In this document: positions 38,301 through 47,285 of the stretch, piece by piece
Position numbering within the stretch: position 1 is the stretch's first letter
Layout: each line of letters opens with the position of its first letter
Virus record (IMG/VR): IMGVR_UViG_3300025009_000050
Location: 124,001-188,000 of that record
DNA length: 64,000 bases
Direction: 5' to 3' (one strand)
Position numbers and translations under genes: made by a program
Notes under the pieces: model-generated
Told to the model about the DNA's origin: nothing
Seen by the model: the letters and a program-made list of their open reading frames with translations, nothing else
The model's database searches: none

Positions 38301-39742
38301 TGTTCTAACCCTTGAGGTATTGTGAGTTTACCATCGTGATGTGGCTGGTTGTCTGAACTAGCAAGTACCAATATATCAACCAAATTAACTAATTCTTTAT
38401 CGCCAGTATTATTTGAATCCACAGAAGATGTATCACCAGGTATTATCACATTCTCTTCATAAGTTGACTTACAGCGTAATTCAAATTCACTTACGTATGG
38501 TGTTGGATATGAGGATGAGCTTCTAGACAATATAGCCTTAATCTTAATCGGTACTGTTATAGGATTGCTAGCCATTTGAGTAATATCAGCCCAATTACTT
38601 GCTCCTTGATATGGAAGTCCACTGTAATAATCAACCCACTGCCCATCGATACTAGCTAGTATTTGATATCTGACTTTCATATTCTCTGTAATATTACCGT
38701 GAATATCATTATTGACAGTTCCGCTCCAATCTATAGTCCGATACTTTTCCCATACTGTGAGATTTTCAGGAGTGATAGCATTAGATACTACTTCTCCATA
38801 CGAGCTTCCTTCCTTTAATCTTATCTGATTAGTGTCATCTTGCGTATATGGTGCACTTAGGATTGTCCAAACACTACCATTATTTGAAGATTGAGTTTGA
38901 ACATATATCCTAGTACTACTAGGAGTAGTAGTAGTGTAAATTATATCTGTATATTCTTTAAATGATGGACCGAATCTAAACGTAGCAAAGTACTTACCAG
39001 TATTCGTATGATTAGCAACGTTGCCCGAATTAAGTTCGAACCTAGATACTTCAGGAGTAAGAAGATTATCAGAACTAGCTAAATGTATCTTAGCCTTTAT
39101 TCTATTCTTACTTGAATATGATGACGATGTAGCAGATACTGTCCATTGGTTGCCGGTAACATGTGTGTATACTGGCGTACATAGTTCCCAATTTGACCAT
39201 ACGGATTCATCTATATATAGAGTGCTTTCGTCATCGTAAGCTGCACTAGTTTCGACAGATATATCTGTAACAACACAAACGAAGTTACTTATGTTTATAG
39301 AGTTCGTATCCGTGTTCGTTATTTCAACTTCGTATTGAGCATAAGAACTTGTATATGATGATAAATCATACGAGGCTCCAGTTGTCATAGGCACAGTTAC
39401 AACATCAGTATTAACAACAGAACCATTAACTAGCTTCTTGACAGTAACTTGAGCGGTGCCAGATGCAGTATTATAATTTAAAATTATATTTCTAGCTGCA
39501 ACACTTAGAGTGGCTTTTGCGTTAAGGACGCTGGTCGAACCACCAACCCAATTGTCACTATATATTATGTTGCTACTATTGTAGAGATAAGTAGCAGTTG
39601 GTAATATAGTATTTAGAACTATATTAACAGACCCATTTAATACATTACCAGTATTGAATATATTAGTTATGTATTGACCAGAGTAAGCAGAGGTGACTCC
39701 GAAATATGAAGTTCCGTATATATTCTTGCCATATTGTGCCAT
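35363..39742 (-). CDS. Large virion structural protein with LamG-like and Ig-like domains (1459 aa)
   Basis: LamG-like GGISLWFK...WNHLAVTW...ILDDLVMF near 36400-36850. C-terminal invasin/Big_1-like segment LSPSNLLCNGVDMSTIIIETVDKHGNP. Confidence 0.75.
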   Translation of the reverse strand: MAQYGKNIYGTSYFGVTSAYSGQYITNIFNTGNVLNGSVNIVLNTILPTATYLYNSSNIIYSDNWVGGSTSVLNAKATLSVAARNIILNYNTASGTAQVTVKKLVNGSVVNTDVVTVPMTTGASYDLSSYTSSYAQYEVEITNTDTNSINISNFVCVVTDISVETSAAYDDESTLYIDESVWSNWELCTPVYTHVTGNQWTVSATSSSYSSKNRIKAKIHLASSDNLLTPEVSRFELNSGNVANHTNTGKYFATFRFGPSFKEYTDIIYTTTTPSSTRIYVQTQSSNNGSVWTILSAPYTQDDTNQIRLKEGSSYGEVVSNAITPENLTVWEKYRTIDWSGTVNNDIHGNITENMKVRYQILASIDGQWVDYYSGLPYQGASNWADITQMASNPITVPIKIKAILSRSSSSYPTPYVSEFELRCKSTYEENVIIPGDTSSVDSNNTGDKELVNLVDILVLASSDNQPHHDGKLTIPQGLEQECVAGRSLYPAYTHINRTGLPYVTLYWNSKGYGSGESTTLSQTDSLRIYCSETSNSQNKRFYQYGAASVVYPLTSEIPMYTYFICPGNSNVIMNGNKLYKYFLEMGWDSPGYPIEGNVNEDDRVIDIFWNSLSTDTPSGNPSTWNMVSSLEGDNICAKIYAPTAAAPTPWVSESKIIQGAFVNANSIKNNYVLNGIILPELDPEAILSNQPYVLEIVEGSVRCNNFTISDDIVNGDSPRLPHTLTIVKFDNTLEIMHLMTRGSGDTDVLPNNFITSIDGVYDSPYVSDPLFVDYIKDIDYTQNGNYIDWSLNERKPAAEAKYYISYKYTDYRYANVVFSCDYTEPIIQNDIWVSNVVTCSGKKVSSGNDMIEAIPDIEIPDNINTDTLVYIVDSNNIWVKTYIKDGNVVGTLNNLNPKDNWLPQVHNGFYYINKQRYFMYAEPEIIIIGDEHMPLSSDISYVDGRYEKGANTDHENAIITYPMHYNYSNPGGISLWFKSNTTMDGAMTSSPVFFEVWEDASNYIVLKYENGSIKFVSMNDSLLQDISYTFSDSLSAWNHLAVTWNNLTGNVNMYVNDIHSSSPMSISLFDGRNSDGTHKTKSLCIGNSRNSLGDNCNCILDDLVMFKYAPSTETISSIYTSTTLDFDSNLMTMKCGFEGNINETFDGSFVAINPAPQQRAPLVIQKQDGTPLRKVSFSDETTGEYTTYNTEEFISDGTNKIILTFSDLEVDKFRTVVYNDKNSIIGDPLSINGSEVTMTLTSDEAEALKGKRLKVIYQLRDCYIWDSNGKYGAAYIRLGQNTGEPLTITYEKNSLNYSLANTAELNPLYNPNHNGFMYITNDLSELSHFRVNLSPSNLLCNGVDMSTIIIETVDKHGNPTNNVDLELSMNKIALVSGNRITGGLIKYIVGDTVELKNTGSSYSTNSVAGRHIYMYTAPKISHEELPDATYNKITIYDSISGLGTEIKIRLMTINEYGM

Positions 39743-39747
39743 CTAAC

Positions 39748-41031
39748 TTATCTCCTTCTTAGTTCTAATTTTAAATCAGCGACTTCAAGACGTAGGTTGT
39801 TATTAGTATTTTCTAAGTTTATTAACCTTTCCATCAAACTATCTACCGATGGGGTTATGCTATTAAATAAATCCTCTGTATTCTTTTGTCTGCTTATTAT
39901 ACTGGAGAGCTTATTATTCATTCCATCAATTAAAGTTGAAAGCTTCTCTTGTTGTAAATTGTCTATGTTCAGTCTATCTCGAAGTTGTTTACCAATTATA
40001 CTATCAACCTTTACGGTTTTACAATGTTCTGAAGGACTTACAAACATGTCTCCGCACACCTCAAGATTACAGGCTAAACACCTATCACAATATGAATCGT
40101 GTTCACACTCATAACACTTCTCTAAACTACTTCTATTATAACTACGGAATATACTAGATTTGTCTAAGTTAATACCCGTATGAATGCTACCCATTTTATA
40201 GTCTTCTGTTCCTCTGTTTCTGTCGTAAGTATAGAACCTAAGGCATGGATATATGTCTCCATTAGGAGTTATCCCAATTGATTTATGTCCAGCTCCACAT
40301 GTCTTATCTGGGTTGATGTAAGGTGGTAAACCAAGATAATGACTAAGTGGATCGAAAGTAAAAGACTTCCCAGACCTATGAAGCCCATACATATAGTCAC
40401 TTATCATCCTCAACTGTCTTTGATATTCCTTAACTTCCTTCTCTGACCAGGTAGTTTCTTGTACGCATTGTGTCTTAATGTTATTAATACCATACTTATT
40501 ATGATAAAATATGACACTTTCAGCTAAGTACTTAACGTTATCTGGTTGTATCGTTATGCGAACAGAATAGTTAATTGATGGTCGAGCAACCTTTGGTAGG
40601 TTGACATCGACCATATCAAATGAATCTTTACCGTTAGCCATTGGTCTGTTCTTATTCTGCACCTTAGCAATACCGTCGATACTAAATTGGATATCGTCTA
40701 TTTCTTCTATTACATCTATCATATCGTCTGTTAATAATGTTAGGTTAGTAGACATACCAATTTTACATTGCTTCCCAGTTTCTTCTTCCTTAGATCTTAT
40801 ATATGGGATAATATGTTTGATAACATCAAAGTTTAGTAGTGGTTCCCCACCAAATAGTTCCACTAGCAGTTTATTGCTACCAGAAGTAAATAGCATATCT
40901 ACAGAAGACTTAGCTAAGTTTAAGGTCATAACACTGCTAGCCTTACTCTGCTCATAGCAATAAACACAACGCAGATTGCAATTCTCTGTAAGCATTAAAT
41001 ATATACAATCTATCTTTGTATTAGATAACAC
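39748..41031 (-). CDS. Radical SAM / SPASM domain protein (427 aa)
   Basis: CxxxCxxC (NCNLRCVYC, 40957-40980), FGGEPLL, STN.TLL, FSIDG..KVQNKNR. SPASM cysteines CGAG...GDIYPC...CYEC...CDRCLAC...C...C. GTG start with GGAGG SD. Confidence 0.95.
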   Translation of the reverse strand: MLSNTKIDCIYLMLTENCNLRCVYCYEQSKASSVMTLNLAKSSVDMLFTSGSNKLLVELFGGEPLLNFDVIKHIIPYIRSKEEETGKQCKIGMSTNLTLLTDDMIDVIEEIDDIQFSIDGIAKVQNKNRPMANGKDSFDMVDVNLPKVARPSINYSVRITIQPDNVKYLAESVIFYHNKYGINNIKTQCVQETTWSEKEVKEYQRQLRMISDYMYGLHRSGKSFTFDPLSHYLGLPPYINPDKTCGAGHKSIGITPNGDIYPCLRFYTYDRNRGTEDYKMGSIHTGINLDKSSIFRSYNRSSLEKCYECEHDSYCDRCLACNLEVCGDMFVSPSEHCKTVKVDSIIGKQLRDRLNIDNLQQEKLSTLIDGMNNKLSSIISRQKNTEDLFNSITPSVDSLMERLINLENTNNNLRLEVADLKLELRRR

Positions 41032-41038
41032 AATGATT

Positions 41039-41043
41039 CCTCC
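41039..41043 (-). promoter_or_regulatory. Shine-Dalgarno GGAGG for the radical SAM gene, abutting the TAG of the upstream Cys-tail gene
   Basis: The minus strand reads TAGGGAGGAATCATTGTG, consistent with translational coupling. Similar GGAGG/GAGGTG sites precede most genes in the window. Confidence 0.8.
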
Positions 41044-43149
41044 CTATTCGCTATAAGAGTGATTTCCACAATGTCCATAGCATCCACAATAATATGTGTT
41101 GGCTGAAGTTTGCACCCAATCACTAGCTACTTCATTTCCATCTACTGAGCGAATACGATACTGATAGTAACCTAGCTCGTTAATAGTATGAGTATAAGAC
41201 GTTGCTTTACTCATACTACCATTATTATATTCTCTAGTGATAGACAAATTATTTATAGCCATACCCCAAGTTCCACTACTTTGCCAGTATCTTGGTACGA
41301 CAATAAATTTGGCTACCACACTACTAGTTATTGTGGTATTAAAAGAATAAGTAGTATCGTATTGGGATGCAGTTATATAAGTACTAGTTGGTAACCAATT
41401 ATTTGTCTCTTCGTTATAATACACTATCATCCATTCGAGACCAAGAGTTCCAGAAGACACGTAGAATCCACATGATATATTGGTGACTCCAGAAAGCATA
41501 TCGAATGTTACAGGGTTTTCATAGAACCAACGATTGCTATCATAATAGTAGTAACATTGAGAGCCCAAATACCATGTAATAGCTTTAGTTTCGATAACAG
41601 GAGATCCACCGAGTCCATTCCATACTACTTTATTATTAAGTTTATAATTTAACTCGTAGTGGTCAAGAAGATTACTGGCTTGTGGAGATAAAGGATACAT
41701 AGAGTCCGTCTTATTTCCGAACTTATCTATAGTACATATATTGACATATCCATTCCATGTTACATCCCACTCATGAGATATCTCATAATAGGCTTTTCCT
41801 GTATTGCTAATAATAGTATACAACCAGTAGTCAGTTCCATTTGAATACCATACCTCATAAGCAGCAACATCTTTTGAATAGCTTGGATACCAGCTATATT
41901 CAAGATTAGGATTAGTAGATGTTGCTGCTATCCAGCTAACATCTATTGTATTGTCTGATTGAGAAGAGGAGCTAGAACTAATAGAGCCTGGAGGGTTAAG
42001 AGATAGATAAGTAAAGTACGGTAGTTGCCTCATCGATGGAGCTACAGGAGCTATATCAACGATACTAACAAGTTTCTCTTGTAATTCAATAAGATGATCA
42101 ACGTTTATAACAGTAGTTCCACCTTGTTTAATGTAAGAGGAATTCCAGGTTGTGTTGTCTTCATTTATAGAAATACTTTTAATAGCTGATGCTATCTCTA
42201 TAAAATCAGTATCCCTGATGTTATTAACTTGATTACCTGTTATAGATGTTGTTATAACAGGTAATCCGTATTTAGGAAGCATGTTGTTTATTGCATCACG
42301 AAGTTCAGTTATTTCTGAAGACCTAATTGTACCACGTCGTCTTGTAGGGGTAGTTATCACAGGTTCGTCATGAGTTATAATATTTATTGATGATAGTATT
42401 GGAGTTATACTATCATCAATAGTTGTTAAAGTAGCTCTTACCTGAATACGATCAAAATTGTTATCTGGACTATGGATATATCCTGTGTAAGGTATACTGA
42501 CCCAGTCACTCCAAGAATTATTTCTACTCGTTCTAGCTTCTATTGTACAAGTAGTGCCTGTTGGAATATATGCTAACCAGCTAATTCTTACATTACTAGA
42601 ATTCATAGAGGTATACGTATTCGATGTATATGTTCCATTAGTGTAATATCCTTCTCTATAAAATGGACCCCACCTGATATGATCTATCCATGCGTAATCA
42701 GTTTTTCCATAATTGTTATATTTAAAGTAGCCTATAAATATATAATCATTAGTTATACCGTCATTTAATGTTACAGTCTCTTCTTTCCAATCAGATGAAG
42801 AACCAGTGTATAAAATATTGTTTCCTGCGCCTTTGACATACATATATCCATCTAGTGTTTGGCGTTGAGTTTTATATTTGAATATAAGTTTGCCACCTGC
42901 TGGTATATTTAAAGTTCTATAGACAAAGTTATCGGTAGAATAGTATGGCGCAGAATTAATAAGGAATGAATCATTACTTATATCCCAATTATAGTAGCCT
43001 CCATGTGTAAGCCACTCACCAAACGAACTGCAATCCCATTGTTCGTACCATTCTGTAGAATGCCTACTCAGCTTGGCTGAAACAGCATCAACTGTTAAGT
43101 TCGTGATGTCAGCATTTATTCTGAAATCAGAAACTCCGAAATAAGCCAT
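41044..43149 (-). CDS. Virion-type protein with beta-sandwich/FN3-like modules and Cys/His-rich C-terminal tail (701 aa)
   Basis: TIRSSEITELRDAIN and DHLIELQEKL helices, FN3-like YQYRIRSVDG..SDWV, and terminus YYCGCYGHCGNHSYSE. Confidence 0.75.
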   Translation of the reverse strand: MAYFGVSDFRINADITNLTVDAVSAKLSRHSTEWYEQWDCSSFGEWLTHGGYYNWDISNDSFLINSAPYYSTDNFVYRTLNIPAGGKLIFKYKTQRQTLDGYMYVKGAGNNILYTGSSSDWKEETVTLNDGITNDYIFIGYFKYNNYGKTDYAWIDHIRWGPFYREGYYTNGTYTSNTYTSMNSSNVRISWLAYIPTGTTCTIEARTSRNNSWSDWVSIPYTGYIHSPDNNFDRIQVRATLTTIDDSITPILSSINIITHDEPVITTPTRRRGTIRSSEITELRDAINNMLPKYGLPVITTSITGNQVNNIRDTDFIEIASAIKSISINEDNTTWNSSYIKQGGTTVINVDHLIELQEKLVSIVDIAPVAPSMRQLPYFTYLSLNPPGSISSSSSSQSDNTIDVSWIAATSTNPNLEYSWYPSYSKDVAAYEVWYSNGTDYWLYTIISNTGKAYYEISHEWDVTWNGYVNICTIDKFGNKTDSMYPLSPQASNLLDHYELNYKLNNKVVWNGLGGSPVIETKAITWYLGSQCYYYYDSNRWFYENPVTFDMLSGVTNISCGFYVSSGTLGLEWMIVYYNEETNNWLPTSTYITASQYDTTYSFNTTITSSVVAKFIVVPRYWQSSGTWGMAINNLSITREYNNGSMSKATSYTHTINELGYYQYRIRSVDGNEVASDWVQTSANTYYCGCYGHCGNHSYSE

Positions 43150-43161
43150 TATTTAACCCTC

Positions 43162-44247
43162 CTAGTCATCATATACTGAAGTATGAGAAGGCATTATAAT
43201 TATACTATCTATATATAGATAACCCACTGCTGCGTTATGACGCCATACACCGAAATAGAATCTATTAAGGTTATCTGATGTTGGTGTGTGATCAAATGTT
43301 ATATATAACATTTCATAATTACCAGGGTTCTCAAAGTCTTTAGCATATATATTTCTAACGTTTTGTTCTAAAACGTTTCCAACTGATAACTGGCATACCA
43401 TTGCTTCTGCATCTGGAGGATCAGTTATTTTTATTCTAAATCCTACTACAAATTTACCATATCGTAATTTCTGATATCCACCAGTAGGTCCAATTATCAT
43501 AAATTCATTTGTAGTACCACTCTTAACAGAGTATCCAGAGTATGCTTTATCATCACTAACTTTGGTAGAACTTATCCCTTCGATATGGTCTTGTGCATCC
43601 CATTCTCCATATAACCCACCAAAGAACTTATTATCAAGATATAAGTCACCAGTTATCGGATAACTTGTTCCTGCTGTACGTGGGAATTGTGCATCAATAG
43701 AATCTTTAATCGTTCTATTGTCTGTACTAGACATTTTTATGTCAGTAGCCATTAAAGAACTATTGGTAACGCCAAGTTCTATAGCTGTTTTTGGTAATAG
43801 TCCCTGTACTTCACTTGCTAAATCAACTTTAGATGGTGAAGCAGTTCCACCAAGATGCTTATGGGCATACAATGTATCTCTAGCAGAATCATACGTCCAT
43901 CCCACACTATTAGCTGTAATATACCTAATGTCATAGTCCTTATCCTCTAAGTTTTCTATACGAGCCTTTACTGTTTTAAAGTCACCTTGCGGCATTATAC
44001 CTAACGTTCTTTCAACACATAACATAGCTTCCTGTAAAACATTTATATGTGCAGCCATTATATAGGTGGTATAATCTGTTTCAGGATTCATATCTGTATT
44101 TTCATGTTGTTCTCCAATAGTATATACTAAGTTAGCATTGTCAGCAGAAGGAAAACGCAAGTCTGTAACAGCAGCGACAGGGTATCTTGAATCTATTTGT
44201 GCTGGATATTGTGTCTTAGTTAAGTCAGAATATAAAGTATTTGCCAT
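43162..44247 (-). CDS. Baseplate-attached protein with C-terminal carbohydrate-binding-like beta-sandwich (361 aa)
   Basis: N-terminal AAHINVLQEAMLCVERTLGIMPQG motif is shared with the 4122-aa protein. C-terminal GP..YQKL.YGKF.VGFRIK...YIDSIII. Confidence 0.7.
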   Translation of the reverse strand: MANTLYSDLTKTQYPAQIDSRYPVAAVTDLRFPSADNANLVYTIGEQHENTDMNPETDYTTYIMAAHINVLQEAMLCVERTLGIMPQGDFKTVKARIENLEDKDYDIRYITANSVGWTYDSARDTLYAHKHLGGTASPSKVDLASEVQGLLPKTAIELGVTNSSLMATDIKMSSTDNRTIKDSIDAQFPRTAGTSYPITGDLYLDNKFFGGLYGEWDAQDHIEGISSTKVSDDKAYSGYSVKSGTTNEFMIIGPTGGYQKLRYGKFVVGFRIKITDPPDAEAMVCQLSVGNVLEQNVRNIYAKDFENPGNYEMLYITFDHTPTSDNLNRFYFGVWRHNAAVGYLYIDSIIIMPSHTSVYDD

Positions 44248-44248
44248 C

Positions 44249-45892
44249 TTATATCACTCCTACGTTGAGTTTTAAACTATTACCGCTCACTACACAGTTG
44301 TTCATTTCGCCATTTCTCCAGTCACTATCATTGTCAATGATTTGTTGAAAGTCTCCATAACTAAGCTCTACATGATTGTTAACAACTTCAGTGTTTTCTT
44401 TAGTGATATGTATCAATGGAAAAGGACCAGAGTCATTTGAAAGGTCATCTGTTCTCTCGAATAATAATCCTGAATTAAGAGTAGTAGTGTGTTCAATATC
44501 AGATGTGTCTTTCCAGCCAACAGTAATAGAATTCAGTAATGGAGTGTCGTTAGTATCATTTTCCATTGTTACTATAACTTTAAGATATGGTCTAGGAGTT
44601 ATTCCATCAACACTTGGACTCATTATTTTATTACTATTAACTACCTCAAGGGTTGTAGACATACTTTCTACTGTGTCCCAGGATATGATGGGCCATTGAT
44701 TATACTCACGTTTCCCATTGATAACTATGTTATCCTGTAGATCTATGTTCTCTGCGGCCACTATGGTGTACTTGAACTCCTCGACATTGGGGGTGTTCTC
44801 TATCTTGGTTCCCTTTGCCAATATCCTATAGCTGAAAGTGTGCTCTGGATACCTCACTTCACTGCTATCAATAGCAGCTTGTGCTTGAACGTAGTATTCA
44901 AATTCTTGTTCACTACTTTCATTCTTAGGCGAATTGACGTATAAGTCAAGGCCACAACCTACTCCACTCTGGAAGTCTTCATCCACCCATCCTTCAGTAG
45001 AAGCATTCCAAACATGTGGTAAGTAATCAAATCCTAACTTTGTATGCTCAAGAGACCTCCAATATGCTTTATCCCAACTCATGTTATCCCATGTATTAGC
45101 AATCTGATCATTTATTATTCTTGCATATTTCTTAAGCTTGTCACTAGCACTACCGTCCTCGTTAAGTAGTGAGTCACGAAATGCTATATCACATAATTCC
45201 TTTATCTCAACATCGCTAGTACCCAAGAGTCCAGTAATACCATTCTTTAGTCCTACTAAAGTAGGACCACCACGTAATAAGAATACGTTCTTTAACCTGT
45301 CTCTATATCTTTGATTATCTTCTTTAAATAATCTTGGAGTACCTAATAATAATCCAATTTCATCAAAAGAGTTCCAGATATGATGGATTGCAAATTCGCT
45401 AATGTATAATCCTCCATCATCATCTTCTCCATCATATGCATCAACGTGTAAATATTCAAATTCTATTGAACAATCACTTGGTCTACGGATGTAACATATG
45501 CCTGTATCATAATCAACCATACAGAAATCAGTATTACCAAGATAGAAGTCTTCATAGCTCGTCACTTCTTTTACATCAAATGGTTCGTATATGTTAGTGT
45601 CATTATCTTTATATTTAGCTCTGAAAGATAACTTCTTCCAACCATCAAGCAAGATAGGATATAGATCTGTTTTCCATACATAGTCTATCTTGCTTATATC
45701 AGCAGTATCTAGATATTGACTATTAATCATATCGAGTATATATTCTTCTACTTGCTCAAACTCTAATCCAGGTGAGTTAATGAATTGTGTACCTAATGAA
45801 TTCTCATTGGTTCTCATTGTCATCCAGCTAGGAAGATATCTGAGCATCTTCTTCGTTACATTACTTAAAGGAAAACTATCGTTATATGACAT
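44249..45892 (-). CDS. Putative baseplate wedge protein (547 aa)
   Basis: Directly downstream of the J-like gene. Motif FDEIGLLLGTPRLFKEDNQRYRDRL...RGGPTLVGLKNGI resembles wedge (tail protein I / gp7-like) subunits. Confidence 0.65.
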   Translation of the reverse strand: MSYNDSFPLSNVTKKMLRYLPSWMTMRTNENSLGTQFINSPGLEFEQVEEYILDMINSQYLDTADISKIDYVWKTDLYPILLDGWKKLSFRAKYKDNDTNIYEPFDVKEVTSYEDFYLGNTDFCMVDYDTGICYIRRPSDCSIEFEYLHVDAYDGEDDDGGLYISEFAIHHIWNSFDEIGLLLGTPRLFKEDNQRYRDRLKNVFLLRGGPTLVGLKNGITGLLGTSDVEIKELCDIAFRDSLLNEDGSASDKLKKYARIINDQIANTWDNMSWDKAYWRSLEHTKLGFDYLPHVWNASTEGWVDEDFQSGVGCGLDLYVNSPKNESSEQEFEYYVQAQAAIDSSEVRYPEHTFSYRILAKGTKIENTPNVEEFKYTIVAAENIDLQDNIVINGKREYNQWPIISWDTVESMSTTLEVVNSNKIMSPSVDGITPRPYLKVIVTMENDTNDTPLLNSITVGWKDTSDIEHTTTLNSGLLFERTDDLSNDSGPFPLIHITKENTEVVNNHVELSYGDFQQIIDNDSDWRNGEMNNCVVSGNSLKLNVGVI

Positions 45893-45903
45893 CAGAAACC
45901 CTC

Positions 45904-46710
45904 CTACTTGATAATAACATTTCCTGGAGTTATCTTTTCATCCCACATTGAATAGTAAGTTGCAAGATATGTTTTCTTATTATTTATCTTAAATTCTAAA
46001 ACTTCTCCATTTATGATTTTGTCACTCACACTAAGTGCCTTACTCATAATTACATTGATAGATAATGCTTCTCCCATGGATATATTATCTATATAATACT
46101 TGATTGCTGAACGTGCAGAATAAGATAGACTACTTGCCTCCACGGAGCTTACACTTGGATGCATAACTAATTTCACACTAACATCAACAGTCGTGATATT
46201 CGGTTTCATAGCAACTGCTTTTATACCGTATGCTTTCTCTCTGTCTAACACTGCTTGTACTGAGTTTATAATAGTATCAGAGGTATTAGGATCGTCTACC
46301 ATTACATATACAGAAAAACTTCCTATCCCATATGTGTAAGGAACTAATACTACGTCTTTGACATCTGCTACTGATAGACTTTTTAGTCTAATAGTAGTCT
46401 CGTTAGCTCCTGCTGAAGAATACACTTGTTGACTAATCAAGTATCTATAATTGTCATCTGTATCTCCACTCTTGCGTGGACAGTTTAACATAGCCCCCAT
46501 CAAGTCTAAAAACTTACCAGATGCCGTGCTTATGTATGCCATAGATATGTATCTGTCAAGAGTGGTATAACATTCTTCTAGCTCTTCATTTATTATGTCA
46601 AGAAAGGTTCTTGCTATTGTTCCAGGAGAAAAGTCTGTTATATCAGTATTGTTAGCTAAAGCATCCATCATTCTTTGCATTCTTACTTTCTTATTAGAGT
46701 ACACTATCAT
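45904..46710 (-). CDS. Baseplate J-like wedge protein, short form (268 aa)
   Basis: ITDFSPGTIART...ISTASGKFLDLMG...R...DTDDNYR...GSFSVYV. ATGA overlap with the upstream gene. Confidence 0.8.
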   Translation of the reverse strand: MIVYSNKKVRMQRMMDALANNTDITDFSPGTIARTFLDIINEELEECYTTLDRYISMAYISTASGKFLDLMGAMLNCPRKSGDTDDNYRYLISQQVYSSAGANETTIRLKSLSVADVKDVVLVPYTYGIGSFSVYVMVDDPNTSDTIINSVQAVLDREKAYGIKAVAMKPNITTVDVSVKLVMHPSVSSVEASSLSYSARSAIKYYIDNISMGEALSINVIMSKALSVSDKIINGEVLEFKINNKKTYLATYYSMWDEKITPGNVIIK

Positions 46711-47285
46711 ACTACACCAAACTCCTTAATCCCATCTTCATATCCAAACGAAGCATATAACGTAATAGTATATGGATTAGATATGCGTATGAAATATATT
46801 ATGTTATTAGAATCAACTGGTACAGACCTTATATTCGCATCTTTAGGATTAATAAAACCATCATATGTTAGTGACTTTAATATATTGTATGAACCAATGT
46901 CAGCATTAGCCCTTGTATTCTGTTCGCCAATCAAATCTTCAAGATTAGCTCCGATAGTAGGATGGTGATACCAATCTGGATTTTGTGTCTTTATCCTGTT
47001 GTACACGACTTGTTTAAACCAGCTTATGTCTGATATTAATGCTATATCCTTCATTTCCTTCAACACTTGATTACCATTATCGTCAATACCACAATCTACA
47101 TAAATCTTATTCCCCTCATCATCAACTCGGCAAGGCGTAGTAATGATATCTCCTTCAACTGAGACAAATGTGCCGATACATCCATTTATCAAACAAGCTT
47201 GCCCTTCTTTGGCGTCAATAGGAACGTAATGAGTATCATCTTCAGAGCAGATAACTTTCCCAGCGCGTATATCAAAGTCTCTCAT
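46707..47285 (-). CDS. gp25-like / DUF2634-like baseplate wedge (sheath-initiator) protein (192 aa)
   Basis: KQVVYNRIKTQNPDWYHHPTIGANLEDLIG...ILKSLTYDG. Position next to the J-like gene; TAATG overlap. Confidence 0.75.
   Translation of the reverse strand: MRDFDIRAGKVICSEDDTHYVPIDAKEGQACLINGCIGTFVSVEGDIITTPCRVDDEGNKIYVDCGIDDNGNQVLKEMKDIALISDISWFKQVVYNRIKTQNPDWYHHPTIGANLEDLIGEQNTRANADIGSYNILKSLTYDGFINPKDANIRSVPVDSNNIIYFIRISNPYTITLYASFGYEDGIKEFGVV

Noticed and set aside
39748-41031. Radical SAM as a nucleotide-modification or cofactor enzyme (QueE, MoaA, NrdG)
   Set aside because: A full SPASM cysteine set and the anSME/peptide-maturase-like core fit peptide or protein modification better, and no partner pathway genes are nearby. 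A protein-maturase role on another target remains possible.
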